A stretch of DNA of 64,000 bases, from the NCBI GenBank assembly GCA_934725985.1, contig CAKVCX010000002.1, positions 24,306 to 88,305 on the forward strand, read 5' to 3'. A program made the position numbers and the translations under genes. The stretch is from an uncultured Bacilli bacterium. Its GTDB lineage: Bacteria; Bacillota_I; Bacilli_A; RFN20; CAG-826. Of the stretch, positions 1-9,993 are shown in pieces (positions within the stretch are counted from its first letter, which is position 1; each line of letters opens with the position of its first letter). The notes under the pieces are model-generated. The model did not search any database. It was given only the letters and a program-made list of their open reading frames with translations, and was not told the origin of the DNA.

Positions 1-1
1 A

Positions 2-712
2 ATGAAAAAGAAGACACCCGTTGATTTGATTTTGATTCCTTTATTAGGGGTAGGGACTGCCATACTATATAGTTATTTATTGGCTACACCTATCCATTAC
101 ATAACAATCGGCATAGGGAAACTAATTGAGATTTGCTTCTCAAATATAGTTGTTTCTTTCTTTATGTGCATTGTTGTCTCGGTTTTGGTGGGAATGGCTC
201 TGACTGCTCCGATTTCTTCTGTTGCTATTTGCGTGGCCATAAATATTGGGGGCATGTCTCCTTTGGCTTCTGCTGCCGCATTGATCGGCTGTTCTACCCA
301 AATGGTTGGTTTTGCCTTACAAAGTAAAAAAGACAATTCGATTTGGACGAGTTTGGCTGTTGGGTTAGGTACAAGCATGCTTCAATTCAAAAATATAGTA
401 AGAAAGCCTATTGTTTGGCTACCTACTATTATTGCTTCTGCAATTTTAGGCCCTTTTGCAATGCTTTTTCCTTTATCTTCTTTAAGCGGTGATTTTGCAT
501 CTAGTTTAAGTGTTGGGGCAGGAATGGGCACTAGTGGACTTGTTGGACCAATCAATTTTTTAGATGTATCTTCATATTCTTATTTGATGGCCATTTATTT
601 GATTGTATTTTGTATAATCGCCCCTTTGGTCTTGGTTTATGCTTTAGATTGGCTTTTTAGAAAATTTAAGTTGATTGAAAAAGGTGATTTTGCTTTATCT
701 ATTGATTTATAA
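2..712 (+). CDS. Polytopic membrane protein, PTS EIIC-like (PTS_EIIC_2 / PF13303-type); possibly truncated by the window edge
   Basis: ORF starts at nt 2. It has multiple hydrophobic helices. Motifs 'LTAPISSVAICVAI', 'GCSTQMVGFAL' and 'GLGTSMLQFKNIV' match my memory of this family. The ATG at nt 2 may be the true start, or the ORF may continue upstream. Confidence 0.45.
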   Translation: MKKKTPVDLILIPLLGVGTAILYSYLLATPIHYITIGIGKLIEICFSNIVVSFFMCIVVSVLVGMALTAPISSVAICVAINIGGMSPLASAAALIGCSTQMVGFALQSKKDNSIWTSLAVGLGTSMLQFKNIVRKPIVWLPTIIASAILGPFAMLFPLSSLSGDFASSLSVGAGMGTSGLVGPINFLDVSSYSYLMAIYLIVFCIIAPLVLVYALDWLFRKFKLIEKGDFALSIDL

Positions 713-744
713 AGTTAAAATAGTTTAGACGTGCATTAATAATT

Positions 745-1917
745 ATGTACATTATCTTACTTGTATTGATTTATATTGCCTTTATTAGTCTTGGCCTCCC
801 TGACTCTTTGCTTGGATCGAGTTGGCCGGCTATGCATCTAGAATTAAATATAGATAATTCCTATATGGGTTTTGTTTCCATGGTTATTTCTTTTGGGACG
901 ATTATTTCTAGCTTATTATCTAGTAAATTGATTTCTAGAATTGGTACGAGGTTTGTGACTTTAGGAAGCGTTTTTTTAACTGTGATTGCTTTGTTTGGCT
1001 TCTCTTTTTCCAAAGAATTTTGGATGTTAATTGTTTTTGCCATTCCTTATGGTTTTGGTGCAGGTGCGGTCGATTCGGCTTTAAATAATTATGTTGCCGT
1101 TCATTACAAGGCCAAGCATATGAGCTGGCTACATTGCTTTTGGGGTGTAGGGGCCATTATTAGTCCTTTTATTATGGGATTTGCTCTTACTTCATCATCA
1201 TGGCAAGATGGATATAGAATTGTCGGCTTTATTCAATTAGGAATAGCCTTGCTTTTATTTGTTACTTTGCCGGTTTGGAAAGTAAATTTATGCGAAGAGG
1301 AAAAACAAACAAAACAAGTTAGCATTTTTTCCTGTTTAAAAATAAAAGGAGTAATTTTCGCTCTTATTGGATTTTTTGCTTATTGCGCCTTAGAAGCAAC
1401 TACTATGCAATGGGCTAGTACTTATTTTGTAGAAGTAAAAGGCGTCGACAAGGAAAGATCAGCCATGTTGGCATCTTTATTTTATATAGGCATAACATTT
1501 GGAAGATTCATTAGTGGCTTTTTTATTGATAAAATTGGTGATAAGAAAGCGATTATTATAGGTGGTTCGTTTTTATTCTTAGGCATTATTCTTCTTTCTC
1601 TTCCTATTAACTATTTTCCTTTATCTATCTCTTCTTTTGTAATCTTGGGATTTGGCTGCGCGCCTATTTACCCTTGCTTTATCCATTCAACCCCGACTAA
1701 CTTTGGTAATGAAAATTCGGGTTCGATCATAGGGCTTGAAATGGCAAGCGCCTATATTGGAACTACGTTTATGTCTCCTCTTTTTGGGCTTTTAGGTAAT
1801 CAATTTGGATTTAAGATTATGCCTATTTATTTAATCATTTTCGCCCTTTTGATGATAGGTATGGTGTTACTTTCTTTTAAAGGTGACAAAACTAAAACAA
1901 ATACAGCAAATAATTAA
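745..1917 (+). CDS. MFS transporter
   Basis: 390 aa with about 12 predicted TM helices. N-terminal 'FISLGLPDSLLGSSWPAM' and the two-halves architecture with a charged central loop (CEEEKQTKQ) are typical of MFS permeases. Confidence 0.8.
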   Translation: MYIILLVLIYIAFISLGLPDSLLGSSWPAMHLELNIDNSYMGFVSMVISFGTIISSLLSSKLISRIGTRFVTLGSVFLTVIALFGFSFSKEFWMLIVFAIPYGFGAGAVDSALNNYVAVHYKAKHMSWLHCFWGVGAIISPFIMGFALTSSSWQDGYRIVGFIQLGIALLLFVTLPVWKVNLCEEEKQTKQVSIFSCLKIKGVIFALIGFFAYCALEATTMQWASTYFVEVKGVDKERSAMLASLFYIGITFGRFISGFFIDKIGDKKAIIIGGSFLFLGIILLSLPINYFPLSISSFVILGFGCAPIYPCFIHSTPTNFGNENSGSIIGLEMASAYIGTTFMSPLFGLLGNQFGFKIMPIYLIIFALLMIGMVLLSFKGDKTKTNTANN

Positions 1918-1952
1918 CCTAAAACAATTATTCTCTTTTATAATAAGGGTGT

Positions 1953-3437
1953 ATGAAAAAGTATATCTTGGCTATTGACCAAGGCACAACATCGACACGT
2001 GCCATTTTAATTAATCATAAAGGCGAAGTTGCCTTTAAGGCCCAAAGGGCGATAGATTGTATTTATCCTAAGCCTGGTTGGGTTGAGGAAAATGCCGATA
2101 AAATTTGGATTAGTGTCATAGATGTCATTAATGAATTGTTAGTTGTTGCCTCTTCTTCTATGGATGAGGTCGAAAGCATTGGTATTACAAATCAAAGAGA
2201 AACTACAATTGTTTTTGAAAAGGAAACAGGAAAGGCTGTTTTCAACGCAATTGTTTGGCAATCAAAACAAACTCAATCTCTTTGCCTAGAAAGGGAAGAT
2301 AAAAGCGAATTTATCCAAAAAAAGACCGGCTTAAGGATGAATCCTTATTTTAGTGCCTCAAAAATTCGTTATATTTTAGACCAAATTCCTGATGGGCAAG
2401 AAAGAGCAAGGAAGGGCGAACTTTTATTTGGAACCATTGATACTTGGCTAATTTATAAGATGACAAATGGAAAAACCCATGCAACCGATATTACCAATGC
2501 ATCAAGGACCATGCTATTTGATATCTTTAAAAAAGAGTTCGATGAGGAACTTTGCTCTATTTGGGATATTCCAATGTGCATGCTGCCTTTGGTTAAGGAT
2601 AATAATGATGATTATGGCGAGGCTAGTTTCTTTCCAGGACACGTCCATATTAATGGAGTATGCGGAGATCAACAATCGGCTTTATTCGGGCAATGTTGTT
2701 TCAATAAAGGGGATAGTAAAAACACCTATGGAACAGGTTGTTTCATGCTTATGAATATAGGCGATAAACCCATTATTTCTAAGCAAGGCTTATTGACTAC
2801 GATTGCGTGGAGCCTAAATAAAAAAGTGACTTATGCTTTGGAAGGTTCCGTCTTTATTGGTGGGGCCATTGTTCAATGGCTTCGCGATGAAACAAGATGG
2901 TTTGAAGATTCTAGCGATTCCGAGATGTATGCAAAAAAACGTCCGGATACCAATGGTGTTTATTTTGTACCGGCTTTTGTTGGACTAGGCACGCCATGGT
3001 GGAACGATGATGCTAGAGGGGCCATATTCGGATTAACTAGGGGCGCGGATAGACATAATATTACTAGGGCTGGTTTGTACTCGATTGCCTATCAATCTAA
3101 AGACGTTATTGAAACAATGAAAAAAGAAGCGGGTTTAGAGTTAAATGTTTTAAAAGTCGATGGTGGGGCCAGCGCGAATGATCTTCTGATGCAATTTCAA
3201 GCCGATATATTAGGATGTGAAGTGATTTTGCCATCGTGTTTAGAAACCACGGCTTTGGGGGCTGGATATTTTGCTGGATTAGGAAGCGGATTTTGGAAAA
3301 GCCTAGAAGAAATACATTCTAATCATTGCTTTAAGAAGAGCTTTAAACCCAATATGAAAAAAGAAGAAGTGGACAAGTTGTATTCTGGTTGGCTAAGTGC
3401 GGTAAAAGCTACAATGGCTTTTAAAGGAAATAATTGA
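1953..3437 (+). CDS. glpK: Glycerol kinase
   Basis: 494 aa. Carries 'ILAIDQGTTSTRAIL', 'GITNQRETTIVF', 'GDQQSALFGQ' and 'VDGGASANDLLMQFQADIL', the FGGY-family glycerol kinase signatures. Ends with TGA. Confidence 0.95.
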   Translation: MKKYILAIDQGTTSTRAILINHKGEVAFKAQRAIDCIYPKPGWVEENADKIWISVIDVINELLVVASSSMDEVESIGITNQRETTIVFEKETGKAVFNAIVWQSKQTQSLCLEREDKSEFIQKKTGLRMNPYFSASKIRYILDQIPDGQERARKGELLFGTIDTWLIYKMTNGKTHATDITNASRTMLFDIFKKEFDEELCSIWDIPMCMLPLVKDNNDDYGEASFFPGHVHINGVCGDQQSALFGQCCFNKGDSKNTYGTGCFMLMNIGDKPIISKQGLLTTIAWSLNKKVTYALEGSVFIGGAIVQWLRDETRWFEDSSDSEMYAKKRPDTNGVYFVPAFVGLGTPWWNDDARGAIFGLTRGADRHNITRAGLYSIAYQSKDVIETMKKEAGLELNVLKVDGGASANDLLMQFQADILGCEVILPSCLETTALGAGYFAGLGSGFWKSLEEIHSNHCFKKSFKPNMKKEEVDKLYSGWLSAVKATMAFKGNN

Positions 3438-3504
3438 TTTTTTATTCTTTGATTTTTATTTGCTGATATAATTATTTTTGTTAAATAGAGGTATTAATTT
3501 AATT

Positions 3505-4098
3505 ATGAAAAAAGAAACAGTTTTATCAATCGTGTCTTATGTTTTCTTATTTGTTTTTGTTTTGCTTATGTTTTTGTCTTTTTGCATTCCGGTTTTAGCA
3601 TCTACTTCTTCTTCGTCCACTTCTACAAGATTATATCTTTTCGATATTTTCGGTGCTTCAATTTCTTCTTCTGGAAGTGCAACAAACGGGAACTTATTTT
3701 ATGGATTTTTATTTTTAAGTTGTGGGCTTGTCTCTTCTATATTCGTTTGTAATAAAAACAAAACCTTAAACATAATTGGAATTGGATTACTTTTAGGGTT
3801 CCTAGCCGAATCAATTTATCTTTGCTGCCAAATCGGAGAAGGTATAAAGGCTATAGAATCTTCTTTTAGCAGAAACTTATCTAAAGCTGGTTTTGCTTTA
3901 TTGATTATAACAGTTGTGTTTGGCTTTATTTATCTTTTCTATTCTTTATTTGTTTCTTATTGTCTGCCTATTTTAAGCAATTGCCTAAAGCCAAAGAAAA
4001 GCTTAGAAGATAGGCTTAACGAAATTAATCAGTTAAAAGAAAAAGGTTTAATTAATGAGACAGAAGCCTCCAAGATGAGGGAGGATGCTTTAAAATGA
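3505..4098 (+). CDS. Membrane protein with C-terminal SHOCT-like domain
   Basis: 4-5 TM helices and a Ser/Thr-rich loop. The C-terminal 'LEDRLNEINQLKEKGLINETEASKMREDAL' resembles the SHOCT short C-terminal domain. I prefer the ATG at 3505 over the TTG at 3478. Confidence 0.55.
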   Translation: MKKETVLSIVSYVFLFVFVLLMFLSFCIPVLASTSSSSTSTRLYLFDIFGASISSSGSATNGNLFYGFLFLSCGLVSSIFVCNKNKTLNIIGIGLLLGFLAESIYLCCQIGEGIKAIESSFSRNLSKAGFALLIITVVFGFIYLFYSLFVSYCLPILSNCLKPKKSLEDRLNEINQLKEKGLINETEASKMREDALK

Positions 4099-4568
4099 GA
4101 ATTCCAAAGCTTATTAAAACGATTTTTGGAATTGTTACTTTAGCTTCATTAATTTTGCTTTCTACTCAATTCAGTTCTTCTATTCTTTCTATAAAATACG
4201 CCGCAGATGGAGTTGGGCTTATTAAGATTACTTTTGCCAATTCAATTCAGTCTACTTATGGGTCTTATTGGTTTTTGTTATTTATTTTTGGCTTATCTTT
4301 TCCTCTTATCGCCGCTTTTATTGATAATAAAACTGCTTGTTTAACTCTTTCTAGCCTTTCATTTGCCTTTTATTTACCATACGTATTTAAGTTAATTCAA
4401 TACTACGAAGATATTTATAAGTCTTTGAATTATAACGGAATGCGTGTTTCTAAGTGTTCTTTATATGATAATTTTATCATTATTTTAGTAGGTGTTGCTC
4501 TTTTAATGGTTTCTTCTTTAGCTATCTTTGTTTGTTCTTTTTTCGATAAGAGGAAAGTTAAAGAATAA
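4095..4568 (+). CDS. Polytopic membrane protein, unknown function
   Basis: 157 aa with about 4 hydrophobic helices. ATGA overlap with the upstream ORF and 2 nt before addB suggest translational coupling. No recognisable motif. Confidence 0.5.
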   Translation: MRIPKLIKTIFGIVTLASLILLSTQFSSSILSIKYAADGVGLIKITFANSIQSTYGSYWFLLFIFGLSFPLIAAFIDNKTACLTLSSLSFAFYLPYVFKLIQYYEDIYKSLNYNGMRVSKCSLYDNFIIILVGVALLMVSSLAIFVCSFFDKRKVKE

Positions 4569-4570
4569 CA

Positions 4571-6910
4571 ATGAAAAGAAAAAGACTTTATGAAAACTCT
4601 ATTATTTTCGCCCCAGAGGAACAAAAGTCTTTTTTTCTTGCCTATAGAAATGAATTCCCTTATGCAGATTTTAAGGTTTTGACATTGGAAGAAACTGAAA
4701 AATTATTTTTTTATTCTTATGACGACAGGGCTTTGGTTTATTTATTAAAAAAAGGTTATAACTACGATTATTCTTCCAAATTATTGAAGATTCTTTCTAG
4801 GATGAAGCCCAACCATTCTTATGAAGACCTCTTTTTACATCAAATTGAATCTTTGTTTGTTGAACTGCTAGATAAGGGCTTGCTTTATAATTTTTCTTAT
4901 CCAGAAGAGCTTTTTAAGGGTCGAAATTTAGTCGTATCTGGTTATGGCTCGACTTCTTATTTATCAACATTATTAAAAGATTTGCCTAACATTGCTTTGT
5001 CTTTTGATAATGATTTTATCGATGAAAACAAAAAGCATGATTTATTTACTTTTGAAGATTTACATGATGAATTGCATTATATTTGCTTAAGAATAATGGA
5101 ATTACTAGAAAAAGGAGTTGACCCATCTCTTATTTATTTATGCATGTGCCCATCTTCTTTTTATGATGAATTAGAAATATTTAAAGAGATTTATAACATA
5201 CCTTTTTCCATTCCTTCATCTTTGCCTATATTTACCTTGCCTTATGTAAAAAAGGCTTACGAATATTTATCTAATAAAGAAATAATTAATTTGGATGTTT
5301 TAAATGAAGTAATTGAATTAACCAAAGAATATCAAAGTTCTCCTTCTTATAATGATTTTGCTTCTTCTTTATTTTCTTTATTTGATGAAGAATTAGATAA
5401 AAATGTTTATTTATCTTCTTTAAAAGCTAGGTTAAAGGAAAAGAAAAGAAAGAATCTTAATAGAAGTGGAACAATTAATGTTTCTTCCTCCTTTTTCGCT
5501 CCAGAAGGTTCTTATGCGTTTTACCTTTGCTTTTCTTCTAAAGATGCCTATAAGACACCAAAAGAAGATGGCTTGTTTCTTGACGCGATGAAAAAAGAAC
5601 TAGGAGTAGAAACTTCTTTAGAACAAGGAAAAAGAAATAAAGCCAATTTGCTTTATATGCTTAAATCCAATTCCATTAAAGATATTTGCATCCCCTTTTA
5701 TTTTTTAGATACATCGTTTTATATTTCTCCTTTGAAAGAGGAATTAAAGATGAAAGTAATTAATAATCCAACTTTAGATTATGAATATTCATCTTTTTAT
5801 GCTTTATTTGAATTAGAATCTCTAAAAGAAAAGAAAAATAAATATTTAATTGATTCTCCTAGGATTCATTCTTTATCAAAAATTGCAAAAGAAAAAGAAA
5901 AATATGACCATAGTTTTAAACATTTCTTAATTAAAAAAGAAAGCAAAACATTTTCCTATTCCTCTTTAACTAAATACATAAATTGTCCTTTTTCTTATTA
6001 TTGCGAGAAGGTTTTAAAACTTAACGAATATGAAGAAACCAATTCCATTCTTTATGGAAATTTAGCTCATGGTATCCTTTCAAAAATTTATGAATCCAAC
6101 TTTGATTTCGATTTTACTTTTAAGGAAGAATTAGAAAAAATAGAAGAGAATGGTATTTCTGGTTCTACTGATTTAGTTTTAAATTTAGCTTACCCGTATA
6201 TTAAAAAAACTTATGAAAGTGTTAAAGATTATGAATCTAGTTTATCTTCCCCTTCCTTTAAAACCGAATTCTCTTTAACTAAAAAATATGGAGAAAATTC
6301 CCTTTATGGCAGGGTGGATAAATCTATTATTTTTGGTGATGATTCTAAATATTATTTCATTATCGATTATAAAACTGGCTTAACTACATTTAATAAAGAC
6401 GAGGTCCAATATGGGATGTCTTTGCAGCTGCCTATTTATTATATCCTTGCTTCAAATTCTTCTATTTTTGAAAAAGCTAAACCTGCGGGATTATTTATTG
6501 CGTCGATTAAAGATGAAAGCACTTTTAATAATGACGAATCAAAAGCCTCTAATTTATTTTCTTTAAATGGGGTCGTGACTACTGGTGATGTATATTGCTT
6601 AGGTGATTTAAATTACATCGAAGGCATAAATTTAAAGAAAGATGGGGCATTAACTGAAAAAAGCTTAAATAGAATTCTCTCTTCTTCTGCTTTGGACGAA
6701 ATAAAGAGGCAGGCTGAAAACGTAATCGAAGAAACTATGGAGAATGTTTCTAATTCTATTTTTGATATTTCTCCTCTTTCTTTTAAAGGCAAGCCTCTTC
6801 CATGCGCTTATTGTTCTTATTCGGATATTTGTTTCCATAAAGAAAACGATAAACGTATTTTGCCCAATGAATACGTAGATCCTTCTGACGAAAATGAGGA
6901 GGAAGAATGA
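4571..6910 (+). CDS. addB: ATP-dependent helicase/nuclease subunit B (AddB/RexB), compact form
   Basis: Sits immediately upstream of addA. C-terminal RecB-type nuclease motif ('IIDYKTG'). Cys pattern C-x6-C ... C-x2-C-x5-C ('CPFSYYC' ... 'CAYCSYSDIC') matches the AddB Fe-S staple. No Walker A seen. Confidence 0.8.
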   Translation: MKRKRLYENSIIFAPEEQKSFFLAYRNEFPYADFKVLTLEETEKLFFYSYDDRALVYLLKKGYNYDYSSKLLKILSRMKPNHSYEDLFLHQIESLFVELLDKGLLYNFSYPEELFKGRNLVVSGYGSTSYLSTLLKDLPNIALSFDNDFIDENKKHDLFTFEDLHDELHYICLRIMELLEKGVDPSLIYLCMCPSSFYDELEIFKEIYNIPFSIPSSLPIFTLPYVKKAYEYLSNKEIINLDVLNEVIELTKEYQSSPSYNDFASSLFSLFDEELDKNVYLSSLKARLKEKKRKNLNRSGTINVSSSFFAPEGSYAFYLCFSSKDAYKTPKEDGLFLDAMKKELGVETSLEQGKRNKANLLYMLKSNSIKDICIPFYFLDTSFYISPLKEELKMKVINNPTLDYEYSSFYALFELESLKEKKNKYLIDSPRIHSLSKIAKEKEKYDHSFKHFLIKKESKTFSYSSLTKYINCPFSYYCEKVLKLNEYEETNSILYGNLAHGILSKIYESNFDFDFTFKEELEKIEENGISGSTDLVLNLAYPYIKKTYESVKDYESSLSSPSFKTEFSLTKKYGENSLYGRVDKSIIFGDDSKYYFIIDYKTGLTTFNKDEVQYGMSLQLPIYYILASNSSIFEKAKPAGLFIASIKDESTFNNDESKASNLFSLNGVVTTGDVYCLGDLNYIEGINLKKDGALTEKSLNRILSSSALDEIKRQAENVIEETMENVSNSIFDISPLSFKGKPLPCAYCSYSDICFHKENDKRILPNEYVDPSDENEEEE

Positions 6911-6911
6911 A

Positions 6912-9900
6912 ATGGCTTTTACTTTTGATCAACAAAAGGCGATAAATTTCGATAAAGGGAATTGTCTAGTCGCAGCTGGAGCCGGAAGTGGAAAAACTGC
7001 CGTTTTAAGCGAACGCGTTTTAACTTTAATAAAAGATAACAAATGTAAATTGGATGAGCTTCTTATTTTAACTTTTACCAATAAAGCCGCGTTTGAAATG
7101 AAAGAAAGAATTAGAAAAAAACTTTCTGAATGTCCTTTAACCAAATCTTCTTTGGATTATGTTGACCAAAGCGATATTACTACCTTTGATGCCTTTGCCT
7201 TAAATATTGCGACAAAATATTATTCCTTGATTGGATTAGAAACTCCCCCAACCTTAATTGATGGAAGTTTATTAGAAGTCTATAAAAATAAAGAATTAGA
7301 TAAGATAATTGAAGAAAAAAGCCGACAATCATTAATTAGCAATGACGAATTCTATAGATTTAATCAAACTTATTTTAATAAGAATTTTGTTAAAATAAAG
7401 CAGGCCGTTCTTTCTTTATTAGATGAAGCTTATTTACAAGAAGATAAAGATAAATACCTAAATGAGATCGTAATAAAATCTACTACTAAAGAATTTGCAA
7501 ATAAGAAATACATAGATTTATTTAAGGTTGCCAAAGAAATTATATTAGAAGCTAGCTCGATTCTAAATGAATATGAGAATAGTTATGCCTTGGATGCGGA
7601 TAATGAATATCTAAATTTGTTTTTAAATTGCTCTAGCTTAGAAGAAATGAAAAAGACTTTTGTCTCGCATAAAGCTTTTACTACGGCTTCTAAAGGTTGG
7701 GAAATGAGCGAGTTAGATACAAAAATAAGAAAAAGGCTAAAAGATAAATTTGCCAAAGTTAAGCCTTTTTTTGACATAACTCCAAATAGCATTTATGAAG
7801 ACCAAATAAGCATAAAACCTTATATGGAAGTGATAGTTTCCTTAACTAAAGAATTAGATAAAAGGCTAGATGCGTATAAGAAAGAAAATTCTTCTTATTC
7901 TTTCTCTGATATTTTTTCCCTTGCTAGAAAAATAATTTCTTTAAAAGAAGTAAATGAAAAATTAAGAAATCATTATAAATACATTATGGTTGATGAATAT
8001 CAAGATACAAGCGATTTGCAGGAATCCTTGTTAAACGCTTTATCTTCTAATAATGTTTTTGCCGTAGGCGATATTAAACAGTCCATTTATAGATTCAGGA
8101 ATGCAAATCCTCTTTTATTTAGCGAAAAGATGGAAAAATATTCTAGAAATGAAAACGGAACCTTAATTACTCTTTCTTCTAACTTTAGATCTAGAAAAGA
8201 AGTCCTTGAGGGGATTAATAAGATATTTGAACCAATAATGACTAAGGATAGGGGCGGGGTTTCTTATAAAAACAACCAAGCCTTAAATTTTGGTAACACC
8301 TCTTATAGCCCAAGTGAAAATTCTTCTATATATGGCATAAAGTGTCTTTCTTACAATAACAATAAAGACGAAGTTAAAGATGTTGTTGAAGAACAGGCTA
8401 AACAAATTGCTGTTGATATACTTTCTAAAGTGAATAAATTAGAAGTTTTGGATAAAGAAAGCAAGTTGATGAGAAAATCAACTTTTAGTGATTTTGCTAT
8501 TCTTATTGATAAAAAGACCCAATTTGATAAATTCCAAAAAGTCTTCTCTTCTTATCACATTCCTTTAAAGGTAACTTTCGATAGAACAATTTCTTCTTTT
8601 GATATTGTTGTTATTTTGAAAAATTTACTTTCTTTAATTTATGAATTAAGCAAAGATTCCATTGATTATTTAAAGGTAAAACACCTTTATGTTTCTTTAA
8701 GTAGAAGTTGTCTTTACCAAGAAAAGGATGAGGACATATATGCAAATGTTATTTCTTCTTCTTATTTGGGTACTACTTTAATAAAAAAGGCCAAGCTTCT
8801 TTCTGCTAAGGTTGGTCAAAATTCTTTAGGCGAAATGGTAAAGGAAATTATTATTAGTTTCCCTGTCTTGAATTCTTTGTTAACTAACGAAGAAAGTAAG
8901 GCTAATTTAGAACAAATCATTAACTTTTTGGCTAAAGCTAAGCAAAGCGAATCTCTAGGATATGATGAAAAAGAATACATAGATTATTTTGATTCTAGTT
9001 CAAAATATGGAACAAAAATCAGCATTGATGAGCCAGATGTCGCGGGAGATTTAGTTTCTTTAATGAGTATCCACGCTTCAAAAGGACTTGAATTTAAAAT
9101 TGTTTATTTGCCTTGCTTAACTAGCCAGATAAAAGCAAAAACCTCATCTAAAGATTACTTCCAAAAATCTATTGGATTGGCCTTGCCTATTTCTTCTTCT
9201 TTTACAGTTTATAAACAAAATGTATTGTTTGAACTTCCTTCTTATTATGAAAAAAAAGAAGAAATATCAGAGAAGATGAGATTATTTTATGTAGCTTGTA
9301 CGAGAGCGGAAGAACTTTTAATTCCTTTAATCCCTTCTTCTATTGATGAAAAAACGCTTGGCAAGTCTTCTCTTTTGTCCTTCTTATTAGAATCTAGCTT
9401 TAAACTTGATTTTATTAATAATTCTAATGCAAATTTATATTCTCCAAAAAATGTTGTTCAAGAAGAAACTATTAATTTAAGAAGCTTTAAATGTGTTGTT
9501 CCTGAAAATGCGATTCATCGTCCTTCCAAGCAAAGCTATTCCTTGGATTATAATAAAATCATTTATGGCGAAAGAATGCATAGGTATATGGAATTAGTAT
9601 CCTTTTCTAATAAGGACCTCTCTTTTATTCCTAATGAAAGTGAAAGAAAAAAGATTGAACAAATATTGTCTTTGCCAATTTTTGACGATGTTTCTAAGGG
9701 CAAAAAATATTGTGAATATTCTTACTATGACCCTTCTTCTAATACAAACGGAACAATCGATATGTTTGTTGTTTATGATGATCATATAGACCTATTCGAT
9801 TATAAATCAAATAACATTGATGATTCTTCTTACGATGAGCAAATAAAAGCCTATGCTTCTTATTTAACTAATGCCTTTAATAAAAAGGTATACGGATACC

Positions 9901-9944
9901 TTCTTTCTATTGGCCAAGGCAAAATTAGGCAAGTTAAGATTTAA
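6912..9944 (+). CDS. addA: ATP-dependent helicase/nuclease subunit A (AddA/RexA), UvrD/PcrA-like SF1 helicase
   Basis: Carries 'AGAGSGKTAVL' (Walker A), 'IMVDEYQDTS', 'VGDIKQSIYRFRNA' and 'LMSIHASKGLEF'. C-terminal nuclease motif 'IDLFDYKSN'. GGAGG lies 9 nt before the ATG at 6912; an alternative ATG is at 6894. Confidence 0.9.
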   Translation: MAFTFDQQKAINFDKGNCLVAAGAGSGKTAVLSERVLTLIKDNKCKLDELLILTFTNKAAFEMKERIRKKLSECPLTKSSLDYVDQSDITTFDAFALNIATKYYSLIGLETPPTLIDGSLLEVYKNKELDKIIEEKSRQSLISNDEFYRFNQTYFNKNFVKIKQAVLSLLDEAYLQEDKDKYLNEIVIKSTTKEFANKKYIDLFKVAKEIILEASSILNEYENSYALDADNEYLNLFLNCSSLEEMKKTFVSHKAFTTASKGWEMSELDTKIRKRLKDKFAKVKPFFDITPNSIYEDQISIKPYMEVIVSLTKELDKRLDAYKKENSSYSFSDIFSLARKIISLKEVNEKLRNHYKYIMVDEYQDTSDLQESLLNALSSNNVFAVGDIKQSIYRFRNANPLLFSEKMEKYSRNENGTLITLSSNFRSRKEVLEGINKIFEPIMTKDRGGVSYKNNQALNFGNTSYSPSENSSIYGIKCLSYNNNKDEVKDVVEEQAKQIAVDILSKVNKLEVLDKESKLMRKSTFSDFAILIDKKTQFDKFQKVFSSYHIPLKVTFDRTISSFDIVVILKNLLSLIYELSKDSIDYLKVKHLYVSLSRSCLYQEKDEDIYANVISSSYLGTTLIKKAKLLSAKVGQNSLGEMVKEIIISFPVLNSLLTNEESKANLEQIINFLAKAKQSESLGYDEKEYIDYFDSSSKYGTKISIDEPDVAGDLVSLMSIHASKGLEFKIVYLPCLTSQIKAKTSSKDYFQKSIGLALPISSSFTVYKQNVLFELPSYYEKKEEISEKMRLFYVACTRAEELLIPLIPSSIDEKTLGKSSLLSFLLESSFKLDFINNSNANLYSPKNVVQEETINLRSFKCVVPENAIHRPSKQSYSLDYNKIIYGERMHRYMELVSFSNKDLSFIPNESERKKIEQILSLPIFDDVSKGKKYCEYSYYDPSSNTNGTIDMFVVYDDHIDLFDYKSNNIDDSSYDEQIKAYASYLTNAFNKKVYGYLLSIGQGKIRQVKI

Positions 9945-9993
9945 TTTGTCTTTTTGTAAACAAAAAAACTAACTTTATAGTAGAATAAAAGAC

